Shown here in pieces: positions 21,701 through 31,044 of a DNA stretch of 64,000 nt. Positions within the stretch are counted from its first letter, which is position 1, and the number at the start of each line of letters is the position of its first letter. This stretch comes from an uncultured virus (IMG/VR IMGVR_UViG_3300030117_008055) (taxonomy: Duplodnaviria > Heunggongvirae > Uroviricota > Caudoviricetes), in the IMG/VR virus record IMGVR_UViG_3300030117_008055, positions 1-64,000 of that record; one strand, 5' to 3'. The translations under genes were made by a program, and so were the position numbers. Under the pieces are notes generated by a model. It had not been told where the DNA came from. It did no database searches and was given only the letters and a program-made list of their open reading frames with translations.

Positions 21701-22773
21701 CCGATATCGCTTTAAAGCTTCCAACTCCACCATCGCAGTCCCAGAACAAGCTTGTACAGTCTGAGGCTTATAAATCATTTTTTTCAAAGCACAACATCAC
21801 TGTTCATGATACATCAGCCCACACTAAAATATTTGGTGATGGGTCAGTGAAAGAAGGTGGCGCACTTGGATATAGCCACACTCCCTCTATTGATGAATTT
21901 CCTCTTCGAAGTGAGTACTTTACAGATTCTGGTGTGCAACCAAGATCGTTTTTTTCTAAAATAATCACCTCAAAAGAACAAACATACTTAAAAGTTCCAA
22001 AAGGACAAATTCAGCCTTATGATTACTCTGTAAGTTTGCCAAATATTTTTAAATTTAAATATGTTAGAGATGATTTTGAATCTGCAAATATTGATGTCAA
22101 GTTTTTAAATGGCACATTTTTTAATATGCTGGCTGCGTCAAATGAAAGTCAAACTTCTGAACTTAATGCATTTAAGTTTTTTAATTTTAACATGGTTGTG
22201 AAAATAGAAAAATTGTCAGGACATGGCCTAGCAGGCGTCGGTGCATCTGCGGCGATAGAAGAAAAATGGCAGCTTTTAACTGAGTCTGACTTAGTTGGCG
22301 AAGAAAGATTACTATGTAAAATGAGTTATTATGATTCTTCTTTGTTGTCTGGTATTGAGCTTCCTATTTTAGATCAATATTTTATTCTATCTCCTAATTC
22401 AAATGAAGAAACAGCTCCAATAATGCTGCCATCTGTGCTTCTAGGTCCTTTGGTGGACAGTACACTGGCTGATGATATTCTATATTTTGAGAGTCAAAAT
22501 ATTGATAAGTTAAATGAGGTGATGACAATATTAGAGAAAGGAAAAACTAAAATTAGCCCCTCGTCTCTAAAGTTACCATCCTTAACTGGTCCGGTTTTGG
22601 ATCAAATTAGCTCTGCAGTTGTTCCTGGACAAACACAAACCCCAACTGGACAAGATGTTACTCTGCCAAGCCAAACTCAGATGCCAGGTGAGGCACCCTC
22701 CTCCCCATCACCAGGAGGAACAGTTACAGGTGGCGGAGGAGGCTACGGCGGTGGAGGAGGAGGTTCATACTGA
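18775..22773 (+). CDS. Large hypothetical (probably virion) protein with a Pro/Gly-rich C-terminal tail
   Basis: Start is probably the ATG at 18775 (TAATG overlap, GGAG at 18761) rather than the TTG at 18769. Ends in GGGGGYGGGGGGSY. Confidence 0.5.
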   Translation: MASNVLDTLVGDILPHVHIKKIIVEDWDGSSQAGLNDGPGIPYLHTITVQMELYQRKDSLLKSSWLADIDLNLEEEGVTSLFDFFKLNFATVQSSTSIRKLRKSNPTSALKSDRSVYLHKQSDISDQDYWPAAFKGRESGMGVSSAYGDPFARKWSVPVHLGALAGLTQSGFDGNSSVLHDAKIREEIYNGDVYYAIPYQTKFNWRPVMELSQVAEYDASGENLAASINKKNLKLIGDVSRLISSGELSAYNLGFVAYMSLKLDDALGLPANSVYRDVVNLEGTISTEVIMANGVPVDTREAFVDPNGKEWSGAVHYHGPENPVEGYQGYMVGLKHRPGENQPKLTVIEKPNVLISDMTDPIQQKVPNEMFSIDKSGNVVVTGEDSTSNIGPSYANAKEIFDLINEPIQVQYQKNTVKDIFKNDKDNDTEFSGLYVSRDSSNNARGMFFIDFRELLLNNSQYMQYIRPQIRKSLGVVSEALLKSRIINLSLYRRRINPHIMEKGYKAFAVNTSYEHPPELIGTLQDNDSFKTAFTSYEKSTTSFRETKIDTEKSNFTRYFAFSDSDISLLGSGYYQYEVELEFFDGTAIVMQELSDNLKSLKVEIDDYGRLASSSEQKQVAQSETLQKIKGSKKSTSVTTNKYMYVPYYDNNYKSYRTEFSKLAHEQFQKNGSHVWTRTAEAMVIYFTLFSSKKLSTDLLGQSKVGKKILKMLMPGPVINGSPDEIALVSRILNNSIKSLDKILYQKSSKKQYNSNIFQSIVKTDDPKNQFDYKMPSYSTIKEKHSYDHPREIVRASRASSFYADYLSTNNEPLFSSYSGPRVISKQTFKKRCYLELLKFSPLALNQFAVHGTDPESAPFGGAIPRLIQGQARRDADNFTMDNLSKTMFSYLCPSLISLASNVENEASFNFRYSTFDLKAEEVLLGNLQPAYTNIMSRRGRNNSLLNTMLLTIGNYAKNLQDVRYAEQVDAFVIPPDIALKLPTPPSQSQNKLVQSEAYKSFFSKHNITVHDTSAHTKIFGDGSVKEGGALGYSHTPSIDEFPLRSEYFTDSGVQPRSFFSKIITSKEQTYLKVPKGQIQPYDYSVSLPNIFKFKYVRDDFESANIDVKFLNGTFFNMLAASNESQTSELNAFKFFNFNMVVKIEKLSGHGLAGVGASAAIEEKWQLLTESDLVGEERLLCKMSYYDSSLLSGIELPILDQYFILSPNSNEETAPIMLPSVLLGPLVDSTLADDILYFESQNIDKLNEVMTILEKGKTKISPSSLKLPSLTGPVLDQISSAVVPGQTQTPTGQDVTLPSQTQMPGEAPSSPSPGGTVTGGGGGYGGGGGGSY

Positions 22774-25700
22774 TGTCTGACTTAGTAGGAAAAAAGAAAC
22801 TTGTTATAAATGATGAACTTTGGGGCGCCCCTGAGCAAACAGCTGGTCATGAGCCAGTTTTTGAAGATCCAAATTTTGATGTTATGGTGCAAAACTCACC
22901 AGTTGGAATGACATTTTTAGCTTATGATAGTAATGGATTTCAAACGGAAGATAATTTAAGAATAGCGTTAGGAAAAAATTGGAATACCGCCCCAGAAGAC
23001 TCTAATGACGAAAATTCTCAAGTTGTTACAAAAAATGATTGGGGTTCTTTAAAACTTTTTTACGGACAGCCTTTAGGTATAAAATATTGTTTTGAAGGTC
23101 AGGGTCTAGATTCAGAATATCCTGGATTCTACTCTGAAGCAGGATCTCCTACAATTGCTATTGAATCGTTTTTCACAGAGGGACTTATAGCGGATCCAAT
23201 TTATTTTGAGGCTATTTGGAAAGAAAAAATTGTTGTGTCTTGTTCTGTTCCAAAAGGACCAAAAGCTGATTTGGAAGATGATGCAGCAGCTAATCCAGAG
23301 CTTAACAAATTTAAAAGACCAAATTTAGAGTTATGGTCTGGGTTTATAAAAACAGGAGTCACTTCTGATGGAAAGTATTACTTTCCAATTATTAAAAATA
23401 AGGGTAACGGACTTCAAGTTGATGTCGTGCCAGGTAGAATGTATGGCGATCACTATCATGAATCTGTTAACCCTTTTACACCAAAAGAACTGTTATCTAA
23501 ACAGCCATTTGGAAAGTCTGCTTTTGCCAATGTAAGCACTTATTATAAATCAACCAGCGCTTCTACTTCAAATATGCTTTTTAGTAATTTATCATATGAA
23601 AAGTTCATTGGTCAATTAGCAGATCCATCTAGCATTGGGATTTCAGTTTTTCCTGGCAATGTAGCTAGTTTTAATACAATTATGCCAACTCCATATGGTT
23701 TTTTAAGATTAATGACAAATAAATTTGAGGTTGAAGATCTTTATGACCTAGATGTACCATCTAGCACTCTATTTCCGCATCCTTACAAAAATGTCGGCCA
23801 GCTTTTTAAGAATTTTCCATTAGAGGCATTAACAACATATTTTTCTAGAGTGCCTCATCAAACTTTATCAAAATTTATGAAAAGCAGTTTTAAAAATTTA
23901 GATATTTCAGCTTTCATGGACGAATATTTTATAAGATGGCAAGAAGCGCACACATCAATCAACACAAAGGGCACTCAATCAAAATCAACTCGATCTTTGT
24001 TTTTGCAGCTTTTAGATCAAAGATTGTCAAACATCGTTATAAGCCCAGAAATGATAAAAAAATTAGATAAAGTTGAATCTATTAAGAAATATTTTCCTTT
24101 TTATTGTGAGTTAGAATTTAGTACTAGTATATTCACTGAACTTGGAGATTTAATTAAAAAACTTTTATTTACTAAATTTTTTACTAATAAGATAGCAGAG
24201 TTTAACACAAGAGACTACTCAGATCCAAGTCAGTTGGCAACTACGCACACCCCAGCAGCGGAAGTACCCTTTTACGATCACTATACTGATGGATATTATG
24301 AGAATATATTAGCTGATGAGATGATTGGAGATCAGCAAACCGGTAAAACAGTTACTCAGTCCAACCTTCAGTTTAGTGTTGGCTCTGTTGACGGATCTGT
24401 GTCTCAAGAGGTGACCAAAAAGGTGTATGATATTGCGTCTCTTTTGAATACATATCTTGATGAAGATAACGTGGATTATTATAGGGACCCTGGAGACAAC
24501 GGCACTAGTTTAGATATCCAAGATTACATTACATATCTTCGAAGCGACCTAGAAGAGCCAATAAATATTGATGAATACAATAATGTCTGGAAAAATGTGT
24601 TAGGTCAAATTTTAAAAGTTAAATTATTAAAAACTTATAAAAAACATCACAGAACATATCAAGACTTGCTAGAAGGTAAGCCAGCTTATTATGAAACAAT
24701 AGCTTATAAAATTGAAAAATTTGAAAAAAATCCTGAAGATGCTCCTAGCGCGTATACTCCTGTGCAAAGTTTTATTATTCCAAATACCTCTGAGTTGGAT
24801 GTTTTTAAATATGTCGACACACAAGTTAGATACGGAGATACAAAAGTCTATCGATATGATGTAAATGCTATCAAAATAGTTTTTGGTTGCAACTACAGAT
24901 ATTCTTTTAATGATGAAGCTGATGGATTTGAGGCTGTAGATGCATCGACACCAGAAAAAGTTTTGAATCCAAACAATTATCAAGATTTATTGGCAACTCC
25001 TTTTTCTGAAGATGGAGAGCCTCAACAATATAGCGCTACTTGTGGGGTAGAGATTTATCCCAGCATTGTTATGATGGAAGATTTGTATTTTAGGACGCCT
25101 GATATTATTATATCAGATAACCCACCGATATCTCCAGATGTTAACATAGTGCCCTACAGAGCGGTTAATGATAGAATTTTAATCTTACTCAATAATATGA
25201 TAGACTCCCATAGGCTACCACCAATAGAAATATTAGATTCAGATAATGATAAATTTGAGTTTAACAAAAAAGCTCAATTAACACCGGATGATAAAATTTT
25301 ATTTTCATCTGATGATGCAATTAAAAAATACGAAATATTTAGGACAGAAAAAGAGCCTTATTCATACACAGATTTTGAAAGAATCGAACAAACCTCAAAA
25401 ACACACTATGTTGATCAGATTACACCAAATAAAAGATACTGGTATTGCTTTAGATCTATAGATGATCACGGCAATATATCAAACCCAACAGCTGTTTTTG
25501 AAGTTGAGCTTGTTGACGATCAGGGCGCGGTTAGGCCAATGATAAGAGTCTTTAATTTTAAAGAACCAAAGAATTCTCAGGCGATTAAGGAATGTCAAAA
25601 ATATTTAATGATAAGACCTAGTTTTGAGCAAATTTACTACGATGGTGAAAAAGACCTAGATCACATGTTTAACAACAAAGATGACACAACTAAAAGAAAA

Positions 25701-25781
25701 TTCAAAATTAGGCTTACTTCTAAATCAACTGGAAGAAAAATAGACTTTAACGTTGCTTTCAATAAGAAAGCAGTAACATAA
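22773..25781 (+). CDS. Probable virion protein with FN3-like C-terminal domain(s)
   Basis: TGATG overlap with the previous gene. YEIFR...YVDQITPNKRYWYCFRSIDDHGNISNP matches the fibronectin type III pattern; a related YVDTQVRYGDTKVYRYDVNA segment lies upstream. Confidence 0.55.
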   Translation: MSDLVGKKKLVINDELWGAPEQTAGHEPVFEDPNFDVMVQNSPVGMTFLAYDSNGFQTEDNLRIALGKNWNTAPEDSNDENSQVVTKNDWGSLKLFYGQPLGIKYCFEGQGLDSEYPGFYSEAGSPTIAIESFFTEGLIADPIYFEAIWKEKIVVSCSVPKGPKADLEDDAAANPELNKFKRPNLELWSGFIKTGVTSDGKYYFPIIKNKGNGLQVDVVPGRMYGDHYHESVNPFTPKELLSKQPFGKSAFANVSTYYKSTSASTSNMLFSNLSYEKFIGQLADPSSIGISVFPGNVASFNTIMPTPYGFLRLMTNKFEVEDLYDLDVPSSTLFPHPYKNVGQLFKNFPLEALTTYFSRVPHQTLSKFMKSSFKNLDISAFMDEYFIRWQEAHTSINTKGTQSKSTRSLFLQLLDQRLSNIVISPEMIKKLDKVESIKKYFPFYCELEFSTSIFTELGDLIKKLLFTKFFTNKIAEFNTRDYSDPSQLATTHTPAAEVPFYDHYTDGYYENILADEMIGDQQTGKTVTQSNLQFSVGSVDGSVSQEVTKKVYDIASLLNTYLDEDNVDYYRDPGDNGTSLDIQDYITYLRSDLEEPINIDEYNNVWKNVLGQILKVKLLKTYKKHHRTYQDLLEGKPAYYETIAYKIEKFEKNPEDAPSAYTPVQSFIIPNTSELDVFKYVDTQVRYGDTKVYRYDVNAIKIVFGCNYRYSFNDEADGFEAVDASTPEKVLNPNNYQDLLATPFSEDGEPQQYSATCGVEIYPSIVMMEDLYFRTPDIIISDNPPISPDVNIVPYRAVNDRILILLNNMIDSHRLPPIEILDSDNDKFEFNKKAQLTPDDKILFSSDDAIKKYEIFRTEKEPYSYTDFERIEQTSKTHYVDQITPNKRYWYCFRSIDDHGNISNPTAVFEVELVDDQGAVRPMIRVFNFKEPKNSQAIKECQKYLMIRPSFEQIYYDGEKDLDHMFNNKDDTTKRKFKIRLTSKSTGRKIDFNVAFNKKAVT

Positions 25782-25798
25782 AATAAATAATGATGTAT

Positions 25799-25806
25799 AC
25801 TATTTA
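25799..25806 (+). promoter_or_regulatory. ACTATTTA putative late promoter element
   Basis: Intergenic, 19 nt before start 25826; recurs before other structural genes. Confidence 0.6.
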
Positions 25807-25825
25807 TATTTGCGAGGAATAAACC

Positions 25826-26869
25826 ATGGCATTTTTAGACAATTCTGGAGATATTATCCTAGACGCTGTTCTAACGGACACAGGCCGCTTGCGCCTAGCG
25901 CAGGGCGACGGCAGCTTTAAGATTACAAAGTTTGCTTTAGGAGACGACGAGATAAATTATGGACTTTACAACAAAAATCATCCATCAGGTAGTGCTTACT
26001 ACGATTTAGAAATTTTGCAAACACCAGTTTTAGAAGCTTTTACTAATAATACTTCAAATCTTAATTCAAAGCTAATGTCTATCTCAAGAACAAATCTTCT
26101 TTTTATGCCTGTCTTGAGACTTAATAAGACAGATAAAACCGCTGGACCAAATTCAAGATCTACTTTAATGTATGATCGTAGCAACAACGATGGTTCTGTT
26201 GCTGCTGGCTCATCTTTCAAAACAAAGTTTGTTGTTGCAGTTGATGAGACGACCTTCAATATTTTTAATACAGGGTCGGTATCTGTTCAGGGCGTTATTC
26301 AAGGATATCAAAGCACAGGATCTCTAGTTGGTGGCCAAGTAAGAGTCGACCAGGGGATGTCAACTTCACAAATATCCCCAGCTTCTGGACTGGACTCTGA
26401 TCTTCTTGAAACTCAGTTTATTTTAGAGCTTGATTATCGTCTAGGCCGTCTAGCAAGGCCTAATGCTCAGACTGTACAAAATGTAAACTTTATCGATGAT
26501 GACAGCATTGCTTCATATTATGTGGCTGGCACCAATTTTGTTAGCCCAATTAATAATACTGATTCGGTTGCTAGCGCTTCTGCGCAGAATCCACAAGTTT
26601 TTGATGGTCCTCGTGGAAACGCTCTTATGTTTAGGCTTCAAGCATCAACAGAGCTGCAATATTCTACCTATTTGTTCACTCAAATAGGAAAAACTTTATC
26701 CAATAGTAACGTTGGTAATAATGTCTTTGGTATTTCACAAGCAGACATCACTAATAGTCCCGCTGGCGCAAATGCATCATTATACTACATTGATTCTACT
26801 GTTCGTGTTGTAGGTGCGAATACTGGCTTTAGGCTTGATATCCCCGTAAGGTACGTTAAAATTCAATAG
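25826..26869 (+). CDS. Virion structural protein (tail-collar/baseplate-like N-terminus)
   Basis: LTDTGRLRLA...ITKFALGDDEINY resembles the N-terminal part of tail-collar fibre (DUF3751-like) domains; GAGGA SD; ACTATTTA motif upstream. Confidence 0.55.
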   Translation: MAFLDNSGDIILDAVLTDTGRLRLAQGDGSFKITKFALGDDEINYGLYNKNHPSGSAYYDLEILQTPVLEAFTNNTSNLNSKLMSISRTNLLFMPVLRLNKTDKTAGPNSRSTLMYDRSNNDGSVAAGSSFKTKFVVAVDETTFNIFNTGSVSVQGVIQGYQSTGSLVGGQVRVDQGMSTSQISPASGLDSDLLETQFILELDYRLGRLARPNAQTVQNVNFIDDDSIASYYVAGTNFVSPINNTDSVASASAQNPQVFDGPRGNALMFRLQASTELQYSTYLFTQIGKTLSNSNVGNNVFGISQADITNSPAGANASLYYIDSTVRVVGANTGFRLDIPVRYVKIQ

Positions 26870-26880
26870 GAAAAACAATC

Positions 26881-28026
26881 ATGGCAAGCACTTTTAAAAC
26901 TTTACTAAACGATGATGTGGTCAGCACACGCACTCTTCTTCACGAGGCAATCCCAATTACAGGTACAATTGTTAGTGGGACGTCCTATAATACAGCGCAG
27001 ATTAAAACTTATACACACGGTATGTTTGAGTCGACGTTTGATTATCCTTATTTAAGCTCATCAGCTAATCATATTTTTGATCTTACTTTTGGACATCATG
27101 AAAGTGTTTACAACACTTTAGAGACAGCTAAAGCCGCCGGCACCGCCACACCTTATCAAAACCAGAAAAAACGAGACATTTATAATCAATTTGCACAGGT
27201 TTTGATGGGGTATAACGAGTCTGGCTCTATCCGGCACTTTGACTCTGACGGAACACTTGATGACGGTGACACTGGAAAGATGACAGAGTGCTTTTTCTTA
27301 TCTTTTTCTCGCTTGCTTGTGAAAGATGAGATCAAAAAGAACAGCTTTAGACTTCAGTACCGTCCAAGTGGAACAGTAGCTAATATTGTTTCATATAAAG
27401 CCGCGGATAATTTTCCTGCCGGCAATCTCGAAACTGAAATAATTACTTTGGGCGACTATGCATCTGCAAACGAATATTACACTTCACCGGCTGGCGATTA
27501 TGGATTAATATTTAAAACAAGCAGTGATTCTTCGGACCCTGCTAATAGCGTTGGTTTAATTTTCTATCAAGCCGGTGTGGCTGTGCTTAGTTCGTCTGTT
27601 TTTGACCGAGCCGATTCTTTTGGCTATAGCGGTTCTGAAGGTAGTGCAACTAGTTGGGGCGATGACACCGCAGATAATTTAGATGGCGTGAAAAGAGCCA
27701 TTGTATCAGGCTCGATCGAGAACGCAGCTCAGGGTTTTAGAAACAGATGGGTTGATTGTGACTTCAACAACACAATTGAGCTTAACTCTACCATTTATTT
27801 CGCTAGAATTAACCATAATGAGTTTAATTATAGCGCAAATCCGACTTATGTAAGCGGAAGCAAGCTAGTAGTTAAGAACAACGTTAATGATCTTCCTGTT
27901 ACATATATCACAACAGTTGGGCTATACTCACCAGACAACGAATTATTGGCATGCGCCAAGCTATCAGAGCCGATCCGAAAGGATCCAAACACGGAGTTGA
28001 CGCTGAGGGTCAGATTAGATTACTAG
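26881..28026 (+). CDS. Virion structural protein, paralog of 28040..29257
   Basis: Shares EIKK, VG.I.Y..G...L, NEFNYSANPTY and the C-terminal TYITTVGLY...ELLACAKLSEPIRK...RLDY with the next gene. Confidence 0.6.
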   Translation: MASTFKTLLNDDVVSTRTLLHEAIPITGTIVSGTSYNTAQIKTYTHGMFESTFDYPYLSSSANHIFDLTFGHHESVYNTLETAKAAGTATPYQNQKKRDIYNQFAQVLMGYNESGSIRHFDSDGTLDDGDTGKMTECFFLSFSRLLVKDEIKKNSFRLQYRPSGTVANIVSYKAADNFPAGNLETEIITLGDYASANEYYTSPAGDYGLIFKTSSDSSDPANSVGLIFYQAGVAVLSSSVFDRADSFGYSGSEGSATSWGDDTADNLDGVKRAIVSGSIENAAQGFRNRWVDCDFNNTIELNSTIYFARINHNEFNYSANPTYVSGSKLVVKNNVNDLPVTYITTVGLYSPDNELLACAKLSEPIRKDPNTELTLRVRLDY

Positions 28027-28039
28027 GAGGCGATAAAAG

Positions 28040-29257
28040 ATGCCATTAAAGCCTCAATATGGTAATTTTTTTGAATTTGATGAAAATGACCTTATTATTA
28101 ACAGGATAGAAGCCTTTCCAAAGGTTGAATTCTTTGTGCATAGCAATGTTGTTTACCTTAATAACGAGAATAACAACGCTTCTAACCCTAATGTTCCTAA
28201 TGGTCACCTTAGTTTATACGACTACAACGTCAATAGAGATTCAAACGCGGCAAATGGGCAGCTAATCCACCCATTTGTAACTAAAATTGGCGCTGGAACA
28301 AGCTTGGGGACTGTTACAACGTCAAATTATGTCTTTGATTTCGACGTCGGAGACAAAATAACTGGTTCTTACCCAATGACTGCCTCAATTTCGATTGATA
28401 GATTAGGCACAAAAGCAATGTGGTCGACTTTAACAGAGTCAGCAGATGGTAAAAAACAGTATTATATACCTGCTCTAAAGAATCACCTCAATTATTATAC
28501 GAAACTTAGCCCTCACTACGAATATTCTTCCTCTCAGCACGGAGATTTAAATGATAAGTACGTAAATCTGATTAGTATTCCAAGTATCTTCTATGGTTCA
28601 GAGATTAAAAAGGGTACAGTAACCCTTAAGTACTTTGTGTCTGGAACTCTTATAGGAGAGGCATCAGATATTAACAAAAACGGCGAGCTAATTCACACAA
28701 CTGGCAGTGAGGGTGCCGTTACTACAGGATCTGTGGTCGGAGTCGTGTTATATAACGAAGGTTTTATACTTTTGAAGTCAAATGACTCAATTGCAAGTCA
28801 CACAGAGAGATATGATGGTCCAACCGATGGTGTGGAGCCAGCTGTGGCTAACGCTTCATGGTTTAACTTTGGTGCTACCGGATCAACGGCGGGGGCGCCT
28901 TCATCGAGCTTCTCGATCCACCTAAGCGGAACTTCACATATAGATACAATGACAATGTTTGCTCATGCATCCGAAAATAAGTTAAATTTTTCAAATAATC
29001 CAACTTATCTTACGTCAGCAGTTAAACAGGTAGTTACAGGAAGCGACCATTATGTGGAAAGCGCAGGAACTGCGATTAAAAACATAGTTTCTAGTTCTTA
29101 TGCTGCTCACAGCGCTACTTTTGAACCAACAACGTACATATCAAAAATTGGTATATATGATCAGAACAAAAATCTAATTGCAATTGCATCATTAGCTAAG
29201 CCGATGCGAAAAAGAGAAAAAGATAGCTATACCTTTAAACTAAAGCTTGATATTTGA
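28040..29257 (+). CDS. Virion structural protein, paralog of 26881..28026
   Basis: NKLNFSNNPTY and C-terminal TYISKIGIYDQNKNLIAIASLAKPMRK...KLDI; AGGAGG SD. Confidence 0.6.
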   Translation: MPLKPQYGNFFEFDENDLIINRIEAFPKVEFFVHSNVVYLNNENNNASNPNVPNGHLSLYDYNVNRDSNAANGQLIHPFVTKIGAGTSLGTVTTSNYVFDFDVGDKITGSYPMTASISIDRLGTKAMWSTLTESADGKKQYYIPALKNHLNYYTKLSPHYEYSSSQHGDLNDKYVNLISIPSIFYGSEIKKGTVTLKYFVSGTLIGEASDINKNGELIHTTGSEGAVTTGSVVGVVLYNEGFILLKSNDSIASHTERYDGPTDGVEPAVANASWFNFGATGSTAGAPSSSFSIHLSGTSHIDTMTMFAHASENKLNFSNNPTYLTSAVKQVVTGSDHYVESAGTAIKNIVSSSYAAHSATFEPTTYISKIGIYDQNKNLIAIASLAKPMRKREKDSYTFKLKLDI

Positions 29258-29263
29258 TATAAT
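29234..29263 (+). promoter_or_regulatory. Putative sigma70-type promoter with extended -10 (TGaTATAAT), possibly giving a leaderless transcript
   Basis: TG at 29255-56 and TATAAT at 29258-63; the ATG at 29270 falls where +1 would be expected; no SD. Confidence 0.5.
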
Positions 29264-29269
29264 TGTGGC

Positions 29270-29791
29270 ATGATTTTAGGACTAGATGTTAGCACCAGCA
29301 TAACAGGTGCCACTGTCATTGGCAGTGATGGAAAAATAGTATATAATGAGGCGTGGGACCTGAGAAAGTATAAAGATTTCTTTCAAAAAGCAGAAGTTGT
29401 AAAAGGCAAAATTTGGGAACTAGAAGATACTTTTCTTATCAAAGAAATTTACATTGAGCAGTCTCTTCAGAGCTTCAGAAGTGGCTTTTCCTCTGCAAAA
29501 ACTCTCTCTACTCTTTCTCGCTTCAATGGTGTTGTGTCTTGGCTGTGTTATGACATTTTAAAAACTGCGCCAGAGTATATAGCTGCCACAAGCGCCAGAA
29601 AAAAGGTTGGGATAACAGTTCCAAAGGGAACAAAAGCTAAAGAGTGTGTTATTAAGCATGTAATTGACAATGTGCCAGATGTTGCTATAACTTATACTAA
29701 GTTCGACAATGTGAAGCCTGAATGCTACGACAAAGCAGACAGTTGGGTTATCGCTATGGCAGGTCATATACAATGCAAGACAAAAAACTAA
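29270..29791 (+). CDS. RuvC-like Holliday junction resolvase
   Basis: RNase H-fold acidic motifs MILGLDVSTSITG, IYIEQ and C-terminal YDKADSWVIA. Confidence 0.8.
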   Translation: MILGLDVSTSITGATVIGSDGKIVYNEAWDLRKYKDFFQKAEVVKGKIWELEDTFLIKEIYIEQSLQSFRSGFSSAKTLSTLSRFNGVVSWLCYDILKTAPEYIAATSARKKVGITVPKGTKAKECVIKHVIDNVPDVAITYTKFDNVKPECYDKADSWVIAMAGHIQCKTKN

Positions 29792-30714
29792 AAATCCTAA
29801 CCTCAGTATTAGGAAGATATTTTTCTTCCAGTGATGAAAAACTTTTTCACTGTCCTAGATGCGAGCACCACAAGCAGAAGCTCTCTGTAAATATAGAAAA
29901 AAACGTATTTAAATGTTGGGTTTGTGATTACAAAGGAAAAGACCTTTATAGGCTTGTCAAGAGATATGGCGTATACGAGCAGCGTCGCAAATGGAAAGAG
30001 TTGACATCTACAGTTGATGTAGAGAACTTTACAGCCAATCTTTTTGATCAGAGGCAAGAACAAGAGAAGCAGATTATTGACATGCCCCGCGAGTTTATAT
30101 CGCTAGCAAATAAAAATCTTCCACCCTTGTCGATGTATGCTTTAAATTATCTTCACTCACGTGGACTATCAAAGGCGGATATTATAAGATGGAAAATAGG
30201 TTTTTGCCCAGATGGAGATTACGGAGGAAGAGTTATTATACCATCGTTTGATGAGGACGGAGATTTAAATTACTTCATTGCTAGATCTTATGATCACACG
30301 TGGCCAAAATATTTAAATCCTAAAGATGCCAATAAGGGTATTGTATTTAATGAACTTTTTTTAGATTTTGATGAGGACCTTATCTTAGTTGAGGGGGTGT
30401 TTGATGCAATTGTCGCTGGTCCCAATGCTGTGCCAATACTTGGATCAACTCTGAGAGATGAACACCCTTTAATTCAAAAAATCATTGATAACGACACAAC
30501 AATATACATTGGGATGGATCATGATGCGAAAAAGAAAGAATTAGACATAATTAAGCTGCTACTCAAGTATGATATTGAAGTTTACAAAATTGATACTGGC
30601 AATCATGATGATATTGGCTCAATGAAAATATCTGAATTCAGAGAAAGAAAACAATCTTCTTCATTAGTTACAAATGACAACTATTTATATCAAGTTATAC
30701 AGGAGTTTTTGTAG
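29773..30714 (+). CDS. DNA primase (zinc finger + TOPRIM)
   Basis: CPRCEH...FKCWVCDYKG zinc-binding domain; YL.SRG, GRVIIP, ARS, KYLNP; TOPRIM LVEGVFDA and MDHD. Start more likely at ATG 29773 (AGGT at 29761) than 29722. Confidence 0.85.
   Translation: MQDKKLKILTSVLGRYFSSSDEKLFHCPRCEHHKQKLSVNIEKNVFKCWVCDYKGKDLYRLVKRYGVYEQRRKWKELTSTVDVENFTANLFDQRQEQEKQIIDMPREFISLANKNLPPLSMYALNYLHSRGLSKADIIRWKIGFCPDGDYGGRVIIPSFDEDGDLNYFIARSYDHTWPKYLNPKDANKGIVFNELFLDFDEDLILVEGVFDAIVAGPNAVPILGSTLRDEHPLIQKIIDNDTTIYIGMDHDAKKKELDIIKLLLKYDIEVYKIDTGNHDDIGSMKISEFRERKQSSSLVTNDNYLYQVIQEFL
30680..30687 (+). promoter_or_regulatory. ACTATTTA putative late promoter element
   Basis: Within the primase 3' end, 26 nt before start 30714. 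Confidence 0.55.
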
Positions 30715-31040
30715 TGAAGATTACCATCCTTAAAGAAAAGAAGCAAAAAAAACAAATTGATGAGGGGTTGCCCTTAGCTGGATTGGCTACACTTATTGGC
30801 GGTGCAATCTCTGACGCGCTAGATGACGAGCCTGCAGAAACAGCAGACAACATTATAGATAAGTCAGGCAACAAGCCAGTAATGGTACAAGCTCATGGTG
30901 ACGAATTTAGATCTATAAAAAGAATCCTACAGGCCATACAAGCACAACTAATTAAGATGGGCGGAGGTCCTACAGGGAAGCGCTCTTCTAAGGCCGCTCC
31001 AGCCGCGGCAGGTGTTGTTTCTGAGGAAAAAATAGATTAA
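30714..31040 (+). CDS. Hypothetical protein, possible internal head protein
   Basis: GTG start in a TAGTG overlap, AGGAG SD, ACTATTTA at 30680; leader MKITILKE...IDEG. Confidence 0.5.
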   Translation: MKITILKEKKQKKQIDEGLPLAGLATLIGGAISDALDDEPAETADNIIDKSGNKPVMVQAHGDEFRSIKRILQAIQAQLIKMGGGPTGKRSSKAAPAAAGVVSEEKID

Positions 31041-31044
31041 AATT

